A stretch of 64,000 nt of DNA from Alphaproteobacteria bacterium (GCA_045560945.1 JBJKYR010000053.1:7605-71604), one strand, 5' to 3'; counted from the first letter of the stretch, positions 39,865 through 50,510 are shown. Numbers and translations are program-made. The notes: generated by a model from the sequence alone, not told the origin.

Positions 39865-39880
39865 GGAGCCCGAAGGCTCC
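39865..39880. terminator. GC hairpin after ETF-QO; canonical U-tract only in the minus orientation
   Basis: GGAGCC-CGAA-GGCTCC forms a 6-bp stem with a GNRA-like tetraloop. On the plus strand it is preceded by A9 and followed by TGAAGG. On the minus strand it is therefore followed by T9. Confidence 0.5.
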
Positions 39881-40067
39881 TGAAGGATTTAAATATTAAT
39901 TGGGAGGAAAAATATTAAATCATATCTGTAATTAATATATTTATGATGCAATTCCAGTATATTGAAATTATAATTAATATGCAAATACTGCATATACAAA
40001 AAATACTATATTAATTGCCATTTTAACAATAATTAAATAATAAAAATATAGATCAATCATTAATATA

Positions 40068-40913
40068 ATGCCAATTAAGCCCCATAGTAAGATTGCCTTT
40101 ACTTTTGCCTCATCAGAGGTAAATTTTTTAAGTCAGCAATTCATAAAAATAACAGAACTATTAACAGGTAAAATTAAATTAAAGAATTTGTATGATCAGT
40201 ATTTATTAGAAAACAATCCACCAGAAAATTTTTGGCATGATGCAGTTAAGAAATTAAAATTTAATTTACAAACATTTTATCGAGAAGGTAGCTTTATCCC
40301 CAAAAGTGGTCGATTAATTATTGTAGCCAATCATGCTTTTGGAGTAGCTGATGGAGTTTCATTATGTTCAGTTGTTTCAAGTATCAGGCAGGATTATAAA
40401 ATGATAACACATAAAGTATTAAGACAAGCAGATGCAGTTAAAGAAAAAATTATTCCAATTGATTTTTCTCCAAGCAGATCAGCTATTCTTGCAAATATTG
40501 ATGCAAGAAAGGAGGCAGAAAAAGTGCTTCAAAATGATGGAGTAATAGTAATTTTTCCTTCAGGACAAATAGCAACTAAAGAAGATTTAAAAATAAATAC
40601 AAAAGCAAATGATGGTGATTGGAAGCAATTTGTATCAAAATTAATTATTAAAACTAAAAGTCCAGTTTTGCCATCTTATTTTGAAGGACAAAATAGTCAA
40701 CTTTATCATATAGCTAATAAGCTAGGCCAAACATTCAGATATGCTTTGTTAATGCATGAATTAACAAGAAAAATAGGAGACACAATTAATCTTCATTTTG
40801 GAAGAATTATCCCCTTTTCAGATTTCGATAAAATAGGTAATTTAATTGAAATCACCAAGCACATAAGAAGTAAAACATACTCATTAGACCCTAAATCTGT
40901 GCATAATAAATAA
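40068..40913 (+). CDS. PlsC-like lysophospholipid acyltransferase family protein
   Basis: 281 aa. The VANHAFGVADG block resembles the ANHPFG..DG acyltransferase motif, and the FPSGQIAT block resembles the second PlsC-family motif. The substrate is unknown. Confidence 0.5.
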   Translation: MPIKPHSKIAFTFASSEVNFLSQQFIKITELLTGKIKLKNLYDQYLLENNPPENFWHDAVKKLKFNLQTFYREGSFIPKSGRLIIVANHAFGVADGVSLCSVVSSIRQDYKMITHKVLRQADAVKEKIIPIDFSPSRSAILANIDARKEAEKVLQNDGVIVIFPSGQIATKEDLKINTKANDGDWKQFVSKLIIKTKSPVLPSYFEGQNSQLYHIANKLGQTFRYALLMHELTRKIGDTINLHFGRIIPFSDFDKIGNLIEITKHIRSKTYSLDPKSVHNK

Positions 40914-40955
40914 TAAATCTTTGACAAGCTTAAAGAAGTAAATAAATTATAGATT

Positions 40956-41654
40956 ATGACAGGTTTTGTTGGATCAAATGCAAGAAAAAGAAAAAGAAAT
41001 TTTTTATTAAGTATAGTTGTTGTTATTATTATTGTAATTTTTTATTTAATTTATCCTAGACTAGAAAATATTAATAGAGAAATTGTTCCAAAAGACAATA
41101 TTATCCCAGATCCATCTGTTGACTTGACTAGCCTTGCAAGTAGTATTGAAGAACTTGAGTTAAGCTTGTTTCAAAAAGATCAAAAAATTAAATTTAGAGA
41201 TGGGCAAATTAAAAAACTTGAAATTGAATTAAAAGAAACAAAATTAAAATATGACTCTGCAATCCGTGAACTTAATCAAGTTAATGATGATTTAAATTTA
41301 TTATCATCAAATAATAAAAATCTTCTTGCAACATCTGATGAATTTAAATTCTTGCAAGAAGAATTTAATAAATTGAAAGGAAAAAATGATAATAATCTTT
41401 CAAAGATTAAAAGTCTTAATAAGCAAATTGATAAGCTAAACAATAATCTTCAATCAACTGATAATAACACAGAAGATATAATAAATGAAAATCAAAAACT
41501 AAAAATTGATAATAAAAGTTTTTTTTCTCAAAATATTAAACTAGAAAATAGTATTGCTGAACTTAAGCAAAAGATTAGTGAACAACAGATCGAAATAGAC
41601 TCTTATTTAGAAAAAATAAAAAAACTGAAAGATACGTCACATCATGGTGGTTAG
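40956..41654 (+). CDS. Membrane-anchored coiled-coil protein (hypothetical)
   Basis: 232 aa. A basic N-terminus and one TM helix (LLSIVVVIIIVIFYLIY) are followed by about 170 aa of heptad-rich, N/K/E/L-rich sequence. I recognise no family. Confidence 0.4.
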   Translation: MTGFVGSNARKRKRNFLLSIVVVIIIVIFYLIYPRLENINREIVPKDNIIPDPSVDLTSLASSIEELELSLFQKDQKIKFRDGQIKKLEIELKETKLKYDSAIRELNQVNDDLNLLSSNNKNLLATSDEFKFLQEEFNKLKGKNDNNLSKIKSLNKQIDKLNNNLQSTDNNTEDIINENQKLKIDNKSFFSQNIKLENSIAELKQKISEQQIEIDSYLEKIKKLKDTSHHGG

Positions 41655-41656
41655 GC

Positions 41657-42235
41657 TTAGTTTATAAACTGGGTACAACCATCTAATAACAAATCTCTTA
41701 AATATTTAGAATGAGATCTATTTACATGAATATCATAGCTTTGCTCTTCTTCATCATGATGGTTGCGAATTATTAATACAGGTATTTTAACAAAAATTGT
41801 TTGAGCAACTCTTAAATTACTATTGAGAGCATTATCAATGTCTAGGACTATGAATTTTCTAAGCAACTCTTTGGTGTTATTGCCCACAATCCTTATAACA
41901 GTTTTATTTTCTGAAATATCTGTAATACTTGTTTTTTCAGGATTTAGTTTATAGTTTAATTCTTCAAGTATTTTAATAAAATGATTATCATTCAAAAAAT
42001 TAAGAAGCCACTCATTAGGACTAAGCCAAATTACTTGTAAATCTTTATTTTGTATTTTTGTATTAGGCTCTGTTGGAATTAAAATATCAAGAACTGATCC
42101 CGCATTACTCATAAAATCCCTATCTTTTGTATCGCCCCGAAGATTAATCTTTTCAATAAAGGGTAACTCTTCAATAGATATGCCATTTTTTTCTATTTTT
42201 AGATCCTCAAATACTGCGTTTCTTTTTAAAGTCAT
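41657..42235 (-). CDS. soxG: Sarcosine oxidase gamma subunit
   Basis: 192 aa. It is the last gene of the B-D-A-G operon and has an ATGA overlap with the alpha subunit. Size and position are typical, but motifs are weak. Confidence 0.7.
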   Translation of the reverse strand: MTLKRNAVFEDLKIEKNGISIEELPFIEKINLRGDTKDRDFMSNAGSVLDILIPTEPNTKIQNKDLQVIWLSPNEWLLNFLNDNHFIKILEELNYKLNPEKTSITDISENKTVIRIVGNNTKELLRKFIVLDIDNALNSNLRVAQTIFVKIPVLIIRNHHDEEEQSYDIHVNRSHSKYLRDLLLDGCTQFIN

Positions 42236-45207
42236 GCAAACAATCTTTCATTTTCAGGATCTATAAAAACAGGATTTGTAATTTCAACTTCAATACTTTT
42301 ATTAACTGTAGGAACAATAAGCTTTACTCCTTTTTTCCTAGTCCCACTTTTAACTAGACCAAGAGCTATTGAGCGACCTAAATTTGGTGAGTAGTAACTT
42401 GATGTAATGTGACCAACCATAGGCATTGGTAGAGAAGTTTCAACTTCAACTAAATGAGATCCTTCTTCTAATACTATTGAAGGGTCAACAGTAAGAATGC
42501 CTACTAGTTGCTTTCTATCCTCTTTAACAGTATCACTTCTATTAAGCGCTCTTTTACCTATAAAGTCATATTTCTTTTTACTTACTATCCAATTCATATC
42601 TAAGTCAATTGGAGTCACTGATCCATCAGTCTCTTGTCCAACAATAATATAGCCTTTTTCTGCTCTTAGAACATGCATTGCCTCTGTTCCATATGGAGTA
42701 ATATTATAGTTTTCTCCTAAACTTATACATTTATTCCATAAACTAAGAGCATAACTTGCAGGAATATTAATTTCATAACAAATTTCACCAGTAAAACTAA
42801 TTCTCATAACTCTACATGAAACTTCATCTATTTTTAGTTCTTTGAAACTCATATGTGGAAAACTTTCACTAGAAAAATTTTGATTAGGAAAAAGCGACTC
42901 AACTATTTTTCTACTATTTGGACCATTTAAACTGATTGTCCCAAATTGTTCAGTTACAGATGTAAGATAAACTTCTAGTTCAGGCCACTCTGTTTGCAAC
43001 CAATCCTCAAGTTTACTCATTACACTTGCCGCATTACCAGTTGTTGTAGTCATTACGTAATGATAATCTCCCAAGCGGGTTGTCACTCCATCATCAATGA
43101 CCATACCATCGTCACCAAGCATTACTCCATAACGACATTTTCCAATCGCTAACTTAGACCATGCATTTGTATAAATACGATTTAAAAATTCACTTACATC
43201 TCGACCTTTTAAATCAATCTTTCCCAATGTTGACGCATCTAAAATTCCAAGGCTATCCCTTGTTGCTTTGACTTCTCGATTAACAGCTTCATCCATTGTT
43301 TCATTATTTTTTGGATAATACCAAGGTCTTTTCCATTGCCCAACATCTTCAAATAATGCTTTATTATTTGTATGCCAAGAGTGAATAGGTGTTGTTCTCT
43401 CAATGTCAAAAAATTCTTTTACAAATCTACCTGCCATCGCCCCAAATGTAACAGGTGTATAGGGTAATCTAAAAGTTGTAGTACCGAGATTGGAAATATC
43501 CTGTCCAGAAAGTTCACTGATTATTCCAAGCGCATTAACATTACTCGTTTTACCTTGATCTGTGGCCATTCCGTTAGTAGTGTATCTTTTTACATGCTCT
43601 ATTGATTTGAAACCCTCTGATAATGCTATTTTAATATCTTTTGCTGTTACATCATTCTGAAAATCAACAAACATTTTAGATTTGCTAATATTTTCTTTTT
43701 CAATTAACCAAGCATTTTCTTGCTTACCAGTTTTATTTAATTCAGCATTATATACCTGTCCATCAAAACTATTTTTATCATTCGTATTTAGAAAATTATT
43801 AACTGAATTATATGTTTCATTGAGAATATTTTTTAAATCAAAAACTCCATTACAGGAACCAATTGAAAGTGTTTTTTGGTGAGCTTGATGAGGTATAAAA
43901 CAAGAATCTTCATCTCTAAACTTTAATTTTCCTCTAGATTGAGTAAACAAATGGACAGTGGGAGACCATCCACCTGATATGCATAAAAGGTCACAGTTTA
44001 CAATTTCAGTATATTTTTGATTTATTTTTTTTATTTGAACATTTTTTAATTTTTTTCTACCTGAAGTGTTTGATATTATTGAGGCAGTATATATTTTAAT
44101 ACCTAATTTCTTAACTTTTAAGGGAAGCTCACCTTCTAAATTATTTCTTACATCAATTACTGCAACAACATTAATATTCTGATAATAACAATCTATTGCT
44201 GTTTGATAGGCACTATCATTATTTGTAAAAATAACAATTTTTTTCCCTAAATTAACACCATAGCCATTTAAATATTTACTTACACTATTAGCAAGCATGA
44301 TACCTGGTCTATCATTGTTTGGAAAAGTAAGTGGTCTCTCTATTGAACCAGTTGCTAAAATTACTTTTTTTGCTCTTATTTTCCACACAACTTGTCTTAT
44401 TGAATTTGCTTTATCTATACCCTCATTTGGTTGAAGGTCTTGAATTGCTAGTAAATAATTATAGTGCATGTAAGCAAACAGTGTAGTGTTTGTTATAATT
44501 TTTATATTATTTAATTTGCTTAACTCTTCTAAAATTTTATTTTTCCATTCAATTTGACTTTTACCACTAATTTTGTTGTCATAATTATTGGATGATAAAA
44601 TTGACCCACCAGTTTGACTCTCTTGCTCTATTAGTAAGACTTTTTGATTTTTTGCTGCTGCTATCTGTGCTGCATACAAACCACTAACGCCACTACCAAC
44701 GATTAATGTGTCACAATGATAATGATAATGTTCATATTTATGTGGATCTTCTTTTTTTGGAGAATAGCCTAATCCAGCAGCATGACGAATAAAGTGCTCA
44801 TAAGTTTTCCAAAATTTTGGAGGCCACATAAATGTTTTATAATAAAAACCAGCTGGAAAAAATGGTGCAAGTAAGTCATTAATTGCCCCAAAGTCAAATT
44901 TAACACTTGGCCATCTATTTTGAGATTTAGCTATCAATCCATCATATAAAATAACTTCTGTTGCCCTTCTATTAGGTTCTGTAAATTCATTAAGCTCTAA
45001 TTGAACTATACCATTAGGTTCTTCACATCCTGCCGAAATTATTCCTCGTGGTCTATGATATTTAAAACTTCTTCCAACAAGATGAACACCATTAGATAGT
45101 AAGGCTGATGCTAGTGAATCACCTTCATAGCCATAATATTTTTTTCCATCAAAGAAGAAACTTATTTTTTTTGTTTGATCAATATTTTTATTATTTTGTA
45201 AGCGCAT
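42232..45207 (-). CDS. soxA: Sarcosine oxidase alpha subunit
   Basis: About 992 aa starting from the Met at 45207 (MRLQNNKN...); the track ORF's 19 extra residues would overlap soxD. It has an N-terminal 2Fe-2S-like/NAD region, a dinucleotide motif (TLIVGSGVSGLYAA) and a C-terminal GcvT-like folate domain. Confidence 0.9.
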   Translation of the reverse strand: MRLQNNKNIDQTKKISFFFDGKKYYGYEGDSLASALLSNGVHLVGRSFKYHRPRGIISAGCEEPNGIVQLELNEFTEPNRRATEVILYDGLIAKSQNRWPSVKFDFGAINDLLAPFFPAGFYYKTFMWPPKFWKTYEHFIRHAAGLGYSPKKEDPHKYEHYHYHCDTLIVGSGVSGLYAAQIAAAKNQKVLLIEQESQTGGSILSSNNYDNKISGKSQIEWKNKILEELSKLNNIKIITNTTLFAYMHYNYLLAIQDLQPNEGIDKANSIRQVVWKIRAKKVILATGSIERPLTFPNNDRPGIMLANSVSKYLNGYGVNLGKKIVIFTNNDSAYQTAIDCYYQNINVVAVIDVRNNLEGELPLKVKKLGIKIYTASIISNTSGRKKLKNVQIKKINQKYTEIVNCDLLCISGGWSPTVHLFTQSRGKLKFRDEDSCFIPHQAHQKTLSIGSCNGVFDLKNILNETYNSVNNFLNTNDKNSFDGQVYNAELNKTGKQENAWLIEKENISKSKMFVDFQNDVTAKDIKIALSEGFKSIEHVKRYTTNGMATDQGKTSNVNALGIISELSGQDISNLGTTTFRLPYTPVTFGAMAGRFVKEFFDIERTTPIHSWHTNNKALFEDVGQWKRPWYYPKNNETMDEAVNREVKATRDSLGILDASTLGKIDLKGRDVSEFLNRIYTNAWSKLAIGKCRYGVMLGDDGMVIDDGVTTRLGDYHYVMTTTTGNAASVMSKLEDWLQTEWPELEVYLTSVTEQFGTISLNGPNSRKIVESLFPNQNFSSESFPHMSFKELKIDEVSCRVMRISFTGEICYEINIPASYALSLWNKCISLGENYNITPYGTEAMHVLRAEKGYIIVGQETDGSVTPIDLDMNWIVSKKKYDFIGKRALNRSDTVKEDRKQLVGILTVDPSIVLEEGSHLVEVETSLPMPMVGHITSSYYSPNLGRSIALGLVKSGTRKKGVKLIVPTVNKSIEVEITNPVFIDPENERLFA

Positions 45208-45212
45208 ATTAA

Positions 45213-45560
45213 TTATTTTTTTGATGTAGAAAAATTTCCTGAACCAATAGCAGGTTCGCCGCAAGGAGTTATAGGGTTGTTAGATTCAAGTTCTGGAGGT
45301 TTTTCACCCATTTTGTATACTGCAAGAATTTCATCAGAAGCAGTGTTTCTTGCTACATTGAACCATTGTCTACACCCAAAAGAATGATTCCACCTTTCAT
45401 ATTGCAATCCTTTTATATTTTGACGAAGGAACAAGTAATCAGCCCATTGATCATCATTTAAATCAGGTGGATTTTTTGGTCTTTCAATATGCGCCTCTCC
45501 ACCACATGAAAATTCTTCTTGTTCTCTCTCACCACAATAAGGACATTTAATTAGTAACAT
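45213..45560 (-). CDS. soxD: Sarcosine oxidase delta subunit
   Basis: 115 aa. The MLLIKCPYCGEREQEEFSCGGEAH zinc-ribbon start is canonical for the delta subunit. Confidence 0.9.
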   Translation of the reverse strand: MLLIKCPYCGEREQEEFSCGGEAHIERPKNPPDLNDDQWADYLFLRQNIKGLQYERWNHSFGCRQWFNVARNTASDEILAVYKMGEKPPELESNNPITPCGEPAIGSGNFSTSKK

Positions 45561-45561
45561 T

Positions 45562-46824
45562 TTAGTGAGCTACTGCAGCTGCGCCATGTTCATCAACTAA
45601 CTCACCGCTTGAAAATCGATTAATACTAAATGGTGCATTAAGGGCATGCGGCTGATCATTTGCAATTGTATGGGCAAATACCCAACCTGAGCCAGGAGTG
45701 GCTTTAAAACCACCAGTTCCCCAACCACAATTAAAGTATAGACCATTAATGTGAGTTTTGCTTATGATTGGACTTGCATCAGGGCATATATCAACAATCC
45801 CACCCCAATGACGAAGCATTTTCATTCTTGAAAAAAGAGGAAATAATTCAACAATTGCCATTATTGTATCCTCAACAATGTTAAAACCTCCTCGTTGCGA
45901 ATAAGAATTATAACCATCTGTACCAGCCCCAATTACTAACTCACCTTTATCTGATTGAGATACATATGCGTGTATAGTGTTTGACATTACAACAGTATCA
46001 ATGACTGGTTTTACTGGCTCAGATACAAGTGCCTGAAGAGGTCTGCTTTCAAGTGGCAGTTTGATACCTGCCATCTTTGCAATCACGCTACTATGACCTG
46101 CGGAAACAATACCAATTTTTTTGGAGTTGATTGTACCTCTAGTAGTTTCAATTCCAGTAACATTTCCATTATTTATGTTAATTCCCGTAACTTCACAATT
46201 TTGAATTATATCAACACCCATAGCATCAGCTCCTCTTGCATAACCCCATGCAACAGCATCATGTCTTGCAGTTCCAGCACGCCTTTGTAAAGTGGCACCC
46301 AAAACTGGATAACGAATATTGGGTGAGGTATTAATTACAGGACAGAATTTTTTAACTTCTTTTGTATTTAACCATTCACAATCGACTCCATTTAAGCGAT
46401 TTGCATGCCATCTTCTTTTTAATTCTCTAACATCATGTAAGTTATGGGCAACATTCATTACACCTCTTTGTGAAAACATTACATTATAATTAAGTTCTTG
46501 AGACATACTTTCCCATAATTTTAATGCGTGATCATATATAGCTGCACTTTGATCCCATAGATAATTTGACCTTATAATTGTTGTGTTTCTTCCAGTATTT
46601 CCTCCACCTATCCAACCTTTTTCAACAACGGCTATGTTTTTGATTCCATGGTTTTTTGCTAAATAATATGCTGTTGTTAGTCCATGCCCACCACCACCTA
46701 CGATAATAGCATCATATTCCTTTTTAATTTCAGGATTACGCCATGCTGGCTGCCAGTTTTCATGGTAACTTAGTGCATTTTTAACGAGTGAAAATACAGA
46801 ATATTTTTTTGATTTTTTAATCAT
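45562..46824 (-). CDS. soxB: Sarcosine oxidase beta subunit
   Basis: 420 aa with an FAD motif ([20 protein letters not shown]) and a C-terminal ...[10 protein letters not shown] typical of heterotetrameric sarcosine oxidase beta. Confidence 0.9.
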   Translation of the reverse strand: MIKKSKKYSVFSLVKNALSYHENWQPAWRNPEIKKEYDAIIVGGGGHGLTTAYYLAKNHGIKNIAVVEKGWIGGGNTGRNTTIIRSNYLWDQSAAIYDHALKLWESMSQELNYNVMFSQRGVMNVAHNLHDVRELKRRWHANRLNGVDCEWLNTKEVKKFCPVINTSPNIRYPVLGATLQRRAGTARHDAVAWGYARGADAMGVDIIQNCEVTGININNGNVTGIETTRGTINSKKIGIVSAGHSSVIAKMAGIKLPLESRPLQALVSEPVKPVIDTVVMSNTIHAYVSQSDKGELVIGAGTDGYNSYSQRGGFNIVEDTIMAIVELFPLFSRMKMLRHWGGIVDICPDASPIISKTHINGLYFNCGWGTGGFKATPGSGWVFAHTIANDQPHALNAPFSINRFSSGELVDEHGAAAVAH

Positions 46825-46854
46825 AGTAAATTTGAATTTTACTTCTTATCAGTT

Positions 46855-48513
46855 TTAAAAGAGACCTTCAATTTCTCCTTGAGAATTTAACCTGATCGAA
46901 TCTGCCGCAGGAACACTTGGTAAACCAGGCATTGTCATAATCTCACCGCAAATAACAACAATAAATTCAGCCCCACTTGATAAGCGAACCTCTCTGATTG
47001 GTATTGAATGATTCGTTGGAGCGCCTTTATTGTTAGGGTCAGTTGAAAAACTATATTGTGTTTTAGCAATACAAATAGGAAATTTGCCATATCCTGCTTC
47101 TTCAAACTGAGTTAATTGATCCATAATTTTTTTATCAGCTATTACATCATCTGCTCTATAAATTTCTTTTGCAATATTTCTAACTTTCTCAATAAGAGGA
47201 ATATCTTCTTCGTATATATATTTAAAATTATTATCTCGTTCAGCTAACTCAACTACTTTATTTGCTAAATCAATAGTTCCATCACCTCCTTTAGCCCAGT
47301 GTTCACAAGTTATTGCATCTATATTAAGTTTTTTACATTCATTTTTTAGAGCTTCTATTTCCATATCTGTATCCGCAACAAAATGGTTGACTGCTACAAC
47401 TACAGGAAGTCCAAACTTTTGTATATTTTCTATATGGCGTTTTAAGTTGGAAGTACCTTTAATAACAGCGTCTACATTTTCTGCTTGTAAATCTTTTTTA
47501 TTTACACCACCATGCATTTTTAATGCACGAATTGTTGCAACTAACACAACAGCACTTGGCACTAATTCACCTTTACGACATTTTATATCAAGAAATTTTT
47601 CAGCACCTAAATCTGCACCAAAACCAGCTTCTGTAACAACATAATCACTAAGCTGTAAACTTGTTTTAGTTGCTATAATACTATTGCAACCGTGTGCTAT
47701 ATTAGCAAAAGGACCTCCGTGAATTATTGCAGGATTGTTCTCTAATGTCTGTACTAAGTTTGGCATAAGTGCTTCTTTGAGCAGCACTGTCATAGGTCCA
47801 TGTGCATTTAAATCTTTCGCAAAAATAGGTTTTCTCTCTCTAGTGTATGCTACTGTTATATTTCCTAATCTTCTTTCCAAATCTTCTAAATTATTTGCTA
47901 AGCAAAATATTGCCATTACCTCGGATGCAACTGTAATATTAAATCCATCCGTTCGAGGATAACCATTTGCAACTCCTCCAAGGTTAGCAGTTATTTCTCT
48001 TAAAGCTCTATCATTAAGATCAACACATCTTTTCCAACTTACACGACGTGTATCAATTTGTAGTTTATTTCCCCAATAGATGTGATTATCAATTAATGAA
48101 GCTAATAAATTATTTGCAGAAGTGATTGCGTGGAAATCCCCTGTGAAGTGTAAATTAATATTTTCCATTGGAACCACTTGAGCGTATCCACCTCCAGCTG
48201 CTCCACCTTTCATACCAAAGCTTGGGCCAAGACTAGGTTCACGTAGACAAACAATGCTTTGCTTACCAATCTTGCATAGACCATCACTTAAACCAACAGA
48301 GGTAGTTGTTTTGCCTTCTCCAGCAGGAGTTGGGGTAATAGCCGTAACAAGAATTAATTTTGAATTTTCTTTTTTTTCTTTAATTTTATTAAAATCAATT
48401 TTTGCAGTATAGTGACCAAAGGGATGCAAATCATTTTGATCTAAGTTTAACTTTGATGCAATTTCTGAAATATTTTTCTTAGTCGCTTTACGTGCTATTT
48501 CAATGTCAGACAT
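46855..48513 (-). CDS. fhs: Formate--tetrahydrofolate ligase
   Basis: 552 aa. It starts [10 protein letters not shown], has the P-loop-like segment [15 protein letters not shown], and is canonical FTHFS throughout. Confidence 0.95.
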   Translation of the reverse strand: MSDIEIARKATKKNISEIASKLNLDQNDLHPFGHYTAKIDFNKIKEKKENSKLILVTAITPTPAGEGKTTTSVGLSDGLCKIGKQSIVCLREPSLGPSFGMKGGAAGGGYAQVVPMENINLHFTGDFHAITSANNLLASLIDNHIYWGNKLQIDTRRVSWKRCVDLNDRALREITANLGGVANGYPRTDGFNITVASEVMAIFCLANNLEDLERRLGNITVAYTRERKPIFAKDLNAHGPMTVLLKEALMPNLVQTLENNPAIIHGGPFANIAHGCNSIIATKTSLQLSDYVVTEAGFGADLGAEKFLDIKCRKGELVPSAVVLVATIRALKMHGGVNKKDLQAENVDAVIKGTSNLKRHIENIQKFGLPVVVAVNHFVADTDMEIEALKNECKKLNIDAITCEHWAKGGDGTIDLANKVVELAERDNNFKYIYEEDIPLIEKVRNIAKEIYRADDVIADKKIMDQLTQFEEAGYGKFPICIAKTQYSFSTDPNNKGAPTNHSIPIREVRLSSGAEFIVVICGEIMTMPGLPSVPAADSIRLNSQGEIEGLF

Positions 48514-48615
48514 ACAACTCCTCTTATTTGTTAGGTTTTATAGATGATGTTTTTTTGGATCTAAATGCTTATTTCAAACTACGAAATAAAAATTGTTGAT
48601 ATATATAATTATTAA

Positions 48616-49500
48616 TTATTCGAATTTAATACCATTATAAGACAAATCAGGTTTATTTAGTGTTTTTAACCAGTCACTAGTTTTTTTAATTCCTCCAAAA
48701 GCATAAAAATGTATTTTTTTTAATTTTGTGTCTGGATTTTCTATTTGATAGCTAGCCAGGTCATATATTAATTTATCAGGGCTTCTAGTTGTTGCCAACT
48801 TAGTAATATTTAATGCCTGTTTTGATAAAAATCTAATAGAGTTACCAATACCACACGATGTAGCGTAACTAATCAATGTTTTTAAAGTAGCAGGCCCAGG
48901 TATACCTGCATGTATATCAAGTTTGTTATTTAATTTATTAAGATGTAGCTCCCATTCTTTTAAAGACTTTGCTTCAAAAAAAAACTGAGTAGCTAAATAC
49001 ATTTTAAAATCTGCTTTTTTTGAAAACTGATTTTTTTCTATAATAGCATTATCTAAATCATTTTGTTTGACATCTGGGTTTCCTTCAGGGTGGCCAGCAA
49101 CACCAACTTCTTTAAAATTATATTTTGATAACAAATCTGTTTCTAAAATTTCAATAGAACTTGCTATATTACCTTTTTGACTACCCCCGCCGCCTATCAC
49201 TAAAATTTTTGAACATCCACAATCTTCAGCAAGAGCTTGTATGTATTTTTTTAACTCTTCATGATTTGCAATTGTTCTTGCAGGTAGATGTGGGATCACA
49301 CTGTATCCTTCAAGTTTAAGTTTTTTAGCTGTATCAATAACCTTACCCATATCTTCATCAGGCAGATAAGTGATATAAATATTATTTTTTATAGAAACTA
49401 AATCAGTAAAACTTCCATATTTTGCATATACATTGGGTGTAGTCTCTATGGAGCAATTAGATAAAAGATCTTGAACATTCTCAATATTATTATTTATCAT
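48616..49500 (-). CDS. metF: Methylenetetrahydrofolate reductase family protein
   Basis: About 294 aa from the Met at 49500. The longer track ORF would overlap the divergent trhO-like gene. GHPEG and ATQFFFE motifs match MTHFR. Confidence 0.75.
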   Translation of the reverse strand: MINNNIENVQDLLSNCSIETTPNVYAKYGSFTDLVSIKNNIYITYLPDEDMGKVIDTAKKLKLEGYSVIPHLPARTIANHEELKKYIQALAEDCGCSKILVIGGGGSQKGNIASSIEILETDLLSKYNFKEVGVAGHPEGNPDVKQNDLDNAIIEKNQFSKKADFKMYLATQFFFEAKSLKEWELHLNKLNNKLDIHAGIPGPATLKTLISYATSCGIGNSIRFLSKQALNITKLATTRSPDKLIYDLASYQIENPDTKLKKIHFYAFGGIKKTSDWLKTLNKPDLSYNGIKFE

Positions 49501-49536
49501 AGAAATAATTATTAGGTTATTATAATAGATGAATAA

Positions 49537-50469
49537 ATGATAAATTCTAAATTTACCATCGTTACTTTTTATCAATTTAAAAAAATAGAAAATATTTTTA
49601 TTTTTAAAAATGAACTCTCTAATTTTTGTAAATTTAATAAAATAAAAGGTACAATAATTTTAGCAGATGAGGGAATTAACGGAACTATTGCTGGAAAATC
49701 TAATGATATTAGCATATTTGAATCCTGCATTCTGAAAATGGGATTTAATAATTACAATCCAAAATATTCGTATTCTAAATTTATGCCATTTTTTAGACTA
49801 AAAGTTAGGGAAAAAAAAGAAATAGTTACTTTAAGGACTAAGATTGCTGAACCTGAAAATATTACTGGAAAAAAAATCAAACCAGAGGAATGGAATGATT
49901 TTATCTCAGATAAAGAAACTATTTTAATTGATGTGAGAAATAACTTTGAGGTTGAGATGGGTACTTTTAAGAATTCAATTAACCCAAATACAAAAAGTTT
50001 TACAGAGTTTAAAAACTATTTAAAAAATGACTTAAAGGGAGCTAAAAATAAAAAAATTGCAATGTTTTGTACTGGTGGAATTAGGTGTGAGAAAATTTCA
50101 TCTTATATGATAAAAAAAGGCTTTAAAGATGTTAATCAGCTTCATGGTGGTATTTTGAGTTATTTGGAAAAAACAACTAATAAAAATTCATTATGGAATG
50201 GAGAATGCTTTGTTTTTGATAATAGGGTTTCAGTAAAAAATGAACTAAAAGATGGGACGTATGAACTTTGTCATGCATGTAGACATCCTTTATCTCGAGA
50301 TCAACTTAAATCTAAAAAATACATCAAGGGGTTTTCGTGCTCTAATTGCTACGGTAAAATAAGTGAGTCTAAGAAAAAAAGTTTAATGGATAGGAATAAA
50401 CAAATATCAATTGCAAAGAAAAAAGGTTTATACAACCCTTATATCAGGCAAACATTTAATGATTTCTAA
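49537..50469 (+). CDS. trhO: Rhodanese-domain protein UPF0176 / tRNA uridine(34) hydroxylase TrhO-like
   Basis: 310 aa with the rhodanese active-site loop FCTGGIRCEK and a C-terminal Cys cluster (CHAC...CSNC). Confidence 0.75.
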   Translation: MINSKFTIVTFYQFKKIENIFIFKNELSNFCKFNKIKGTIILADEGINGTIAGKSNDISIFESCILKMGFNNYNPKYSYSKFMPFFRLKVREKKEIVTLRTKIAEPENITGKKIKPEEWNDFISDKETILIDVRNNFEVEMGTFKNSINPNTKSFTEFKNYLKNDLKGAKNKKIAMFCTGGIRCEKISSYMIKKGFKDVNQLHGGILSYLEKTTNKNSLWNGECFVFDNRVSVKNELKDGTYELCHACRHPLSRDQLKSKKYIKGFSCSNCYGKISESKKKSLMDRNKQISIAKKKGLYNPYIRQTFNDF

Positions 50470-50510
50470 AAAATACTTTATTTAGATTTTTTTTAATATA
50501 TAGGATCGAC

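Noticed and set aside
45208-45264. N-terminal extension of the sarcosine oxidase alpha ORF (MRRTCYWFRKFFYIKKIIN). Analogous upstream extensions occur at 49501-49575 (metF-like), 31812-31841 (OmpA-like), 62035-62067 (zapA) and 14811-14825 (soxD).
   Set aside because: The extensions overlap neighbouring genes and are unlike the conserved N-termini. Internal Met codons give family-typical starts, signal peptides or lipoboxes.
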